This document shows positions 30,486 through 37,256 of a stretch of 37,256 nucleotides of DNA, piece after piece (position 1 is the stretch's first letter; the number at the start of each line of letters is the position of its first letter). Under the pieces are notes generated by a model, which searched no databases, was not told where the DNA came from, and saw nothing but the letters and a program-made list of their open reading frames with translations. The position numbers were made by a program, and so were the translations under genes. The DNA is from Barthelona sp. PAP020 (lineage: Eukaryota): the NCBI GenBank assembly GCA_040182905.1, contig JARQWU010000078.1:1-37256 (forward strand), given 5' to 3'.

Positions 30486-31343
30486 CTATGCAGAAAAAGA
30501 AATTGCGGCATAGGAAACAGAAGATTCATGAACAGAAAAATTCTGAATTTTTGAAGATTGTTGATAATTCAATAGATGTCCTTTAATTTCAGGATATCTC
30601 AATTCAAAGAAAGCCAACAAAACTAAAATAGGTGTTCTACCACAAATAGTATTGTGTGTCTCACCTAAATAATTCTTAAACTTTTGATAATCGTTATCAC
30701 ATATAATATTAGCTCCTCTTTTATCTAAGTTTTCAATCATTTCATGAACTTTTTCATTTCCTTTAGGTTGAGGGGCGAAATCAAAACTGCTGGCTCCATA
30801 ATGGCAAAAGTCGGAAGAAATAACAATTAGACATCGCTCATCAAATACTTCATTCAAGACAGCAGCCAATACACGAGGATCATCAACTTGTCCAAGTAAA
30901 ATGGGTATGATCTTCACTTCATTCAAACGATTTTTAAACACATTAACCAAGAAAGGTAATTGCATCTCCAAACAATGTTCAGCAATATCTGCATTGTGAG
31001 AAAGTGGAGAAAATTGGGTTGAATCTAACAATTTTTCGACAATAATCTTGTTTAATTTCATAGAACCGATTGGTGTTTTATATTCATCAAATGTTGACAC
31101 TGCAGCTGACAAATAAGCTCTATGAGATGGTCCGATAATAAACACATTATCAATAGCTTCGGGATTGATTTGTCCAAAAGAATATCCAGCACAAGGTGCA
31201 GAATAAGTAAAACCAGCATGAGGACAAATTATCGCTTTCAGATTATTTTGATGATCTATTTGTAAATATTGTTCCACCATCATTTTTAATTGTTCAGGGT
31301 CGTTTGAATACCATGAACCAGCATGTGAAGCAAGTCTTGACAT
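30486..31343 (-). CDS. MEMO1: MEMO1 family protein
   Basis: RLASHAGSWY, PHAGFTYS, GPSH, EHCLEMQLPF, SSDFCHYG, NTICGRTPI and SSVSYA. Confidence 0.96.
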   Translation of the reverse strand: MSRLASHAGSWYSNDPEQLKMMVEQYLQIDHQNNLKAIICPHAGFTYSAPCAGYSFGQINPEAIDNVFIIGPSHRAYLSAAVSTFDEYKTPIGSMKLNKIIVEKLLDSTQFSPLSHNADIAEHCLEMQLPFLVNVFKNRLNEVKIIPILLGQVDDPRVLAAVLNEVFDERCLIVISSDFCHYGASSFDFAPQPKGNEKVHEMIENLDKRGANIICDNDYQKFKNYLGETHNTICGRTPILVLLAFFELRYPEIKGHLLNYQQSSKIQNFSVHESSVSYAAISFSA

Positions 31344-31621
31344 TAAAAAAAATGGAATGAATCTCTACTAACTGTCAACAGTTCAAATATCTCATCAATG
31401 TAAACCATCATTGAGGGCAATTCACTTTGATAACATAACTGTTTGGGTAATATTCAAAAAGATTTGGTCATTTATTCATCTATATTTTGAACAAAAAACA
31501 AAAAACAAAGCAACATCAATAAAGACTGATTTCTAAGCAAATTTTTTTTTACAAATATTCAGAAATTAGGTTAAATGAAAGAAAATAAAACATTTGTAAT
31601 ATTTACAAAGAAATTTCAATT

Positions 31622-33508
31622 TCAGTAATTCTTTGAATAATTCAAAGAGTCAAATGAAGTTTTGATATAATTCTTTCTATTCAAAAGTGAACTTTTCCAA
31701 TGAACATTATGATTATTCGAAATATTTTTGTCGATATTCTCAAATCGTTTTTTATTGCTTCTGCGAGTGCTCTGTGATGAAAATTTTGGAATATCATATT
31801 CTTTGTTGTGATTGAAATTTTTATGTTTTGGTGTATGCATTGGAGAAACAATAGCATTTAAAAAATGACCTGAATCATTCAAAGTATTTTGGAAAGACGA
31901 TGTGGAATTAGATTCAACTGCCTTTGATTGTTGTCTATTCATATTTTTTCTATGGGAAACTATAATTGTTTCAGCTTTATTTGTTCTTTTTGCTGAATTA
32001 ATTCTGGGGATCACTGAAGATTGATTCAATAATGATACTGAAAGATTTTGAAAGCTATTTGGCAAATGTGATAAAGATCTTGAAACCGAAGCAGACTTTA
32101 CTCTTTTGTTGGAAGAAAGAGTTGTTGGCGAAAGTGAAGCTATATTTGAAGTATTTACTGGTTTCTTTTTCTGACTATTTTTTTCTTTTTGATTATCTTT
32201 CAAAGGATAAGACAAAGATGAAGAAGAATAAGACCTATGATGATGCTGGGAACGATGTAAATGATGTAAATCATTAAAGGGTGATAATTTGGGTTGCATT
32301 GAAGTGATAGTATCCAAATCATACAGATTACTTCCGAAATCATCATCTAACGGACTTAAATTTGAACTATGAGAATGTGAATTTTTAGGAGGAGCAGAAA
32401 ACACTTTAGTAAGTCTATTTTCAGTAAATAAAGGTTTTTTTGACAATATTTTGTCAACCATATCAGCAACCTTGTTATCTTTTGCTTCAATAATTTCTTC
32501 AATTCTTTCATTATCAGAAAGTAAGGAATTTGAATTTGCTGTCGATTTTTTGGCGGCAGGTTTCAAAATAGAGACAATTTTTCCCAATTTACTGCCAACT
32601 AATTGCCCATATCTTGGAGCCACAGTAGTTTTCCATTTAATCATTGAATTTTGATCATATTTTGAAGAAACTCGAGTTTTTAAACCATTAATCCCACTAT
32701 TTAAAAGTCCAAATGAATGAACTTCTTTTCTTTTACAAGAAAAACTGGTGTGAAGCGGTGAATTCAAGGGTATATGCATGGATAAATTATATTTGAACTT
32801 ATATTTTGGGTCACAAATTCTACAAATAATTTCTGTCCCATTCTTTGTTTGATTAAAAAAAGTATTTCTTATAACAACTTCATATTGACTCAAATCATCG
32901 ATATATTGAAATTTTGGAGTCAAAACACCAAATTTTGTTGAAATTTGACGTGCTAATTCTTCTAATTGTTCCATATAGACATTGTCAATCTGAATAAAAG
33001 GATGATATAATTTTAAAAGTTTGAAACAATCGATCAGAGACCATTGATATTTAACAAGTAAATATATAATAACTGCTACAACATTTCGACAATTTCCTTT
33101 GAAAGAATGTATCAAAATATTTCCGCCATTCTCTAAAGCTTCATCAATAAAGGAAATATAATCTGATAATTCTTTCAGATTCTTTATTAATACTCGAGAA
33201 TTTTTGTTTGTGTGCGAAAAATCATCTTTATTTTTGTCCAAACAATCATCCCAATCAAAATTAAAATATTTAAACCCAGAATTATAATACTCAAATCGAT
33301 TTGAACATTGTTTATGACAACAATTAACAATGTGAAATATGCCATTTGGCAAAAGAAATTCCCCTTTTTGTGAGGGAAAATAATCAGAAATATATAAACC
33401 TTCAAATATCTTCAATGTTATCAAAGTGATATCAGTTCCCCTCCTTTGACAGATTTCTTTTGATAAATAATTATTATGGGTGCTATTATAACTTTTTGTT
33501 CCGCTCAT
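31622..33508 (-). CDS. Dual-specificity phosphatase-like protein with catalytic Cys replaced by Ser, plus a long Ser/Asn-rich tail
   Basis: IFEGLYISD, IFHIVNC and FIDEAL; the P-loop reads LIHSFKGNCRN instead of HCxxGxxRS. Confidence 0.85.
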   Translation of the reverse strand: MSGTKSYNSTHNNYLSKEICQRRGTDITLITLKIFEGLYISDYFPSQKGEFLLPNGIFHIVNCCHKQCSNRFEYYNSGFKYFNFDWDDCLDKNKDDFSHTNKNSRVLIKNLKELSDYISFIDEALENGGNILIHSFKGNCRNVVAVIIYLLVKYQWSLIDCFKLLKLYHPFIQIDNVYMEQLEELARQISTKFGVLTPKFQYIDDLSQYEVVIRNTFFNQTKNGTEIICRICDPKYKFKYNLSMHIPLNSPLHTSFSCKRKEVHSFGLLNSGINGLKTRVSSKYDQNSMIKWKTTVAPRYGQLVGSKLGKIVSILKPAAKKSTANSNSLLSDNERIEEIIEAKDNKVADMVDKILSKKPLFTENRLTKVFSAPPKNSHSHSSNLSPLDDDFGSNLYDLDTITSMQPKLSPFNDLHHLHRSQHHHRSYSSSSLSYPLKDNQKEKNSQKKKPVNTSNIASLSPTTLSSNKRVKSASVSRSLSHLPNSFQNLSVSLLNQSSVIPRINSAKRTNKAETIIVSHRKNMNRQQSKAVESNSTSSFQNTLNDSGHFLNAIVSPMHTPKHKNFNHNKEYDIPKFSSQSTRRSNKKRFENIDKNISNNHNVHWKSSLLNRKNYIKTSFDSLNYSKNY

Positions 33509-33857
33509 CTTTTTTCTTATTATTATCTTTGTTTAGTAATTATATTAAATGTTACAATTTCTATTTAAATATCAAAATTCATTGTGAAAAAAATATTTTC
33601 CCTCAAACAAGAAATCATTATTTTAACAGATAACCCTGATTTAAAGACTTTTTTTAAAGCTCTTGTCAATTTTTATGATTGTTATCTACATCTGAACATA
33701 AATTTGAAAATTTTCACATATTTCTTCTTTACAATGTCAATTCAAATGGGTAATAAGAAAATTGAACAACAACTTTATCAATCATAAATAACCAGCCAAT
33801 GATAATAAATGACTAAAAAAAAATAAAAGCATCCAGTAATAAAAAAACCGCTGATTT

Positions 33858-34782
33858 TCAATGACGAACATCATCAAAATAAGGATGATCCAAAGCAGCT
33901 TTGCATGAAATACGCTGAGCAGGATCAAGTGTAAGCATTTTTTTCATTAAATCAATACCAGCAGGTTCAAGCTGTGGACAAACAAACTCAAGACCTTTGC
34001 CAATAAATTGAGGAAAACTATAAGAAAAATATTCTAAAGAAGTGATTCCCGGCCAAGAATCTTCATTAGGAGATCCAAGAATTTGGAAAATTAAATGCAA
34101 CATGTTGATTTGTGAATCTCCCGCAAACAAAGGATTACCTGTGACCATTTCTGCAAAAATACAACCAACAGACCACACATCTAATGCACCATGATAATAT
34201 CTAGCTCCCAACAACAATTCAGGAGGACGATACCACAAAGTAACAACTTCATGAGTATATATAGATAAAGGAACATCATGACCTCTGGCTAAACCAAAAT
34301 CTCCAAGCTTAACGTTGCCTTCACGGTCAACCAAGATATTTTGAGGCTTCAAATCACGATGATAAACTCTTCTTGCATGACAAAAATTTAAACCTCGCAC
34401 AATCTGATACAAATAAGACTTGACCAAAGCAGCAGACAAACCATTTGGAGTTCTTTCAATATGTTTTCTTAAATCTTGGTTTAAAAATTCAAATACCAAG
34501 TATAATTGATTATCACTATGAATAATGGAAATTAAATCGACAATATTTGGATGAGAACTTACTTGCTTTAACACAGCAATCTCACGCAAAGCAGTACAAG
34601 GAACTCCTTCATCTGCATCATCAAGTAATCTAATTTGCTTTAAGGCAACAATACGACCAGTGGATCGATGCATTGCTCTATAAACAACGCCATAAGTACC
34701 TTCACCAACAACCTCTTGCTAAAATATTAGTCAACAAATAAATTACATCAAATACGCGATGATAGTCTGAAAGAGAACTCAT
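33858..34782 (-). CDS. Cyclin-dependent kinase (CDK1/2-like, PCTALRE), 295 aa; exons 34782-34756 and 34718-33858
   Basis: Spliced N-terminus MSSLSDYHR|QEVVGEGTYGVVY; VALK, EGVPCTALRE, HRDLKPQN, DFGLAR and YTHEVVTLWYR. Confidence 0.93.
34719..34755 (-). other. 37-nt spliceosomal intron in the CDK gene
   Basis: GTATTTGATGTAATTTATTTGTTGACTAATATTTTAG; removal restores the canonical Y-x4-(I/V)GEGTYG start. Confidence 0.9.
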
Positions 34783-34816
34783 AAATCAACAATTGAATGA
34801 AGAAGTCCTTCTTCTG

Positions 34817-34902
34817 TTTTGGCGGGGTTGCCCTTTTGTTTCAAATTTGCGGTGTTTATTCATCCATTTACCAATGAAAGCTGAATCAAACTCCAATGAA
34901 AG
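34817..34902 (-). promoter_or_regulatory. Candidate CDK promoter motifs: E2F-like site, CHR-like site and two CCAAT boxes
   Basis: On the + strand: TTTTGGCGGG at 34817-34826, TTCAAA at 34840-34845, and CCAATGAAAG at 34871-34880 and 34893-34902. Confidence 0.35.
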
Positions 34903-35155
34903 AACTTTTGGAAATTTCAAATCCAGATTTCAACTGAGTTTTTATACATTTTTTAAAGCAAAACATCAACAGTGAATTTTCAAAAAATGTAAAAATCTGA
35001 CAACTCTGTAAAAAAAAATCTCAAACGTGGGATTAAAAAGAAGAATTGAATTGATGTAAAATATTTATTATATATAATTCCAAATTAAAGTATAATGAAT
35101 TATGAATTTAAAAAATGCCAAAGAATATTCTTTTGACTGAAATAAACAAATTCAT

Positions 35156-35446
35156 TTATTTCTTATTACTAAAATAATCAGCTGAATCAAATCTGGTGAC
35201 ATTTTTTCTCAAAAATACGGCTTTAGATTTGGGTTGCAAGGTTCCAAATTTGCCACTAATTTTTTTTATTTGTTCTTCTAAATCTTCATCCTAAACAGTT
35301 AGTCTCTCTTTTATAAAATATGAAAAAAATACTCTTGGTTCAGATTCCACAACAGTAGAAGTAGTGATTGAAACAGGTTCTTCCTGAAAACTAGTCGTTG
35401 TTTCGGTTGTTGCAGTATTATTTTCGTTTTGGGGGTCGGTGGACAT
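35156..35446 (-). CDS. Endosulfine/ARPP19/Igo1-like protein, 82 aa; exons 35446-35333 and 35290-35156
   Basis: Spliced product MSTDPQNENNTATTETTTSFQEEPVSITTSTVVESEPR|DEDLEEQIKKISGKFGTLQPKSKAVFLRKNVTRFDSADYFSNKK carries KFGxLxPK and FDSADY. Not present in the ORF track. Confidence 0.85.
35291..35332 (-). other. 42-nt spliceosomal intron in the endosulfine-like gene
   Basis: GTATTTTTTTCATATTTTATAAAAGAGAGACTAACTGTTTAG; same donor and branch pattern as the other introns. Confidence 0.85.
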
Positions 35447-35712
35447 GGTGTTAATGACTTAAAAAAATAAAATGAAAAGAAGTTCTTTTCCACAATTTCT
35501 AAAAATTCAATTTATTCTTGAAAGAGTTTTTTTAATGAAGACATTCATGTTTCTGTTTCAAAATATTGTTTGAAATAATTGATTCCAGGAGAAAATAGAT
35601 TTGCAAAGAATCTGAATCCATAAAAACCAGGGTTTAACAGGATTTAATTCCTTGTTTGTATGCCTTATTTATACATATATTCGAAAAAAAACAATAAAAT
35701 ATCATTTTTTAA

Positions 35713-37116
35713 ATGGTGGTTGTCAAAATGCGAAATTATAATGGGATTAATGTTTTAGGTTGGATAAGTTACTCTTGTGTTTGGAATATTTGTAACAGCG
35801 CAATTTTTGCCACACTAACACCATATGTATTGAATGAATTCTTTGATAAAGATTCTACTACGTTTTATTCAATTGCATCTTTAATAACAACAGGATTAAG
35901 TGCGATTCTATTACCTGCGATAGGAAAAACAATTGATGAAAAAAGAATTGCCTTTTCTTCAATGATAATTGTTGGATTCCTTGCATGTATTTTTCCATTT
36001 GGATTTCTTTTATTAAAATTTATTGATAATAAAGCAATTATTGCAATTTTAATTGTGTTTATATATGTTATTGACATGTTCCTTTTGAGGATTGGATTAT
36101 TATCTAATAACGCATTACTTAAAGCATTTGATGAAGACAAAAGAGTGACTTTTAGTTTATTGGCCAATTTTATTGGTTTTTCTATTGCTGCTTTGGCATT
36201 ATTTTTTATTTTTTATTCCGTTGATCATCTCAATTGTGAAGGTTTGATGCAATGGTTTTGTGGGTTATCACCTGTTGTTTTAATTTCTGTTTTAATTTGC
36301 GTTAGTATTCCTTTCAATTTCTTATCTCTTTTGTCCCCCAAAACTGTTATTGATTCTGCAGATAATAGACAATTATTGGATGATGATTTTAAACAAGAGA
36401 AAGAAGAAGAAAATAAAGATGATGGTGAAAAATTTCAAGAAAGAAACCAACGAGAAATGGGGCTTATTAAATCTGTTTTTAGCTCTTTAAAACACATGCT
36501 GGTTGTTTTTAAAGAATTATCTGGTGATTTTGAAGGACAAAGAACCAAGAAATTTTTGTTTTCTTATTTATTTTACAGTGGTGCTGGTACTGTGTTGTCC
36601 ATATTCAGTTCTCCATATTTTAAAGATATTTATGATGCAAAATTGGATTTCACTTCAAAAATGCAACTGTATTCATTAGTTTTCATGTTGTCAGGTTCAT
36701 TATTTGGTTTGGTTCTCTCAAGATTTATCAAACAAAAAGTAAAAATACAGATTTGGTTGTTAATTGGTCAAACAGTTGTTTTTATTGGAATTTGCATTGC
36801 ATTCATCTTTTTGCAACATACAATTGATGACAATTCAATGCAAATCGCTAAAATTGTTTTCTTTTTCGAAAGTTTCATATATAGTTGGAATGCATCCATT
36901 TCAAGAGGTTTAATTGCCTCTCTATCCCCTTTTAATAAATTAGGAGTTGTTATGGGATGGTACTCATCTTTCACATATTTAGCAATAGCAATTGCTTCCT
37001 TGGTTTTCGGTTCTTTATCTATTTTATCAAAAGCAATACAATATATGCCTGTTGTTTTGTTGGTTTGGTCTTTGCCTTCTTTCTTTTTCTTTGGACAACT
37101 CTTAAAAATATTGTGA
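35713..37116 (+). CDS. Major facilitator superfamily transporter (ATG22/UMF1-like)
   Basis: About 12 hydrophobic segments in 6+6 arrangement with a charged central loop; LLPAIGKTID, SRGLIASLSP and GWYS. Confidence 0.8.
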   Translation: MVVVKMRNYNGINVLGWISYSCVWNICNSAIFATLTPYVLNEFFDKDSTTFYSIASLITTGLSAILLPAIGKTIDEKRIAFSSMIIVGFLACIFPFGFLLLKFIDNKAIIAILIVFIYVIDMFLLRIGLLSNNALLKAFDEDKRVTFSLLANFIGFSIAALALFFIFYSVDHLNCEGLMQWFCGLSPVVLISVLICVSIPFNFLSLLSPKTVIDSADNRQLLDDDFKQEKEEENKDDGEKFQERNQREMGLIKSVFSSLKHMLVVFKELSGDFEGQRTKKFLFSYLFYSGAGTVLSIFSSPYFKDIYDAKLDFTSKMQLYSLVFMLSGSLFGLVLSRFIKQKVKIQIWLLIGQTVVFIGICIAFIFLQHTIDDNSMQIAKIVFFFESFIYSWNASISRGLIASLSPFNKLGVVMGWYSSFTYLAIAIASLVFGSLSILSKAIQYMPVVLLVWSLPSFFFFGQLLKIL

Positions 37117-37256
37117 AGATTTTGAACAAAAAAACTAATAAAACACCATTTTATCACACTTTTTTTTTTTTTTTTAAAATCGTGTTGTTTCCAAAACAAA
37201 CACAGGGGAATACTTGTCCTTCAATTTTTTTTTTTTTTTTTTTTTCAAAATTAGTT

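Noticed and set aside
34878..34892. Second FDSA-encoding stretch (GCTGAATCAAA) suggesting another endosulfine copy
   Set aside because: It reads FDSAFI, with no DY/DW, no KxG motif and no suitable start; an 11-nt coincidence in the promoter.
1..37256. Non-standard genetic code, tRNA/rRNA genes, or prokaryotic operon/defence system
   Set aside because: Conserved genes end at the expected places on TAA, TAG or TGA with no internal stops. No cloverleaf or rRNA motifs were seen, and gene content and introns are eukaryotic.

Overview
AT-rich, gene-dense nuclear DNA of a unicellular eukaryote using the standard code (TAA, TAG and TGA all act as stops). It is a flagellate (DNAAF3), probably bacterivorous (secreted GH25 lysozyme) and anaerobe-like (prokaryote-type Fe-ADH). 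Four tiny 37-42 nt GT-AG introns with the branch point close to the acceptor resemble those of metamonads, but the taxon cannot be fixed from this window. There are about 21 protein genes. Recognisable ones are ELP2, a divergent Rcd1/CNOT9, RPA12, DNAAF3, GH25 lysozyme, RPB10, ALG5, Fe-ADH, a kinase-ankyrin protein, a Cet1-type RNA triphosphatase, MEMO1, a Cys-to-Ser DSP-like protein, a CDK and an MFS transporter. Reading across introns corrects the RPB10, Cet1 and CDK models and reveals an endosulfine/ARPP19-like gene absent from the ORF track. Main points of interest: (i) a 1317-aa multi-pass membrane protein ending in what looks like the bacterial DUF2589 domain; (ii) a loosely packed accessory island (~15.7-23.5 kb) with the Fe-ADH, a WD40-family pseudogene and a kinase-ankyrin gene bracketed by three copies of a ~300-bp MITE-like repeat; (iii) the CDK and endosulfine genes adjacent, with E2F/CCAAT-like motifs between them. 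All family calls are by-eye motif recognition; no searches were run.
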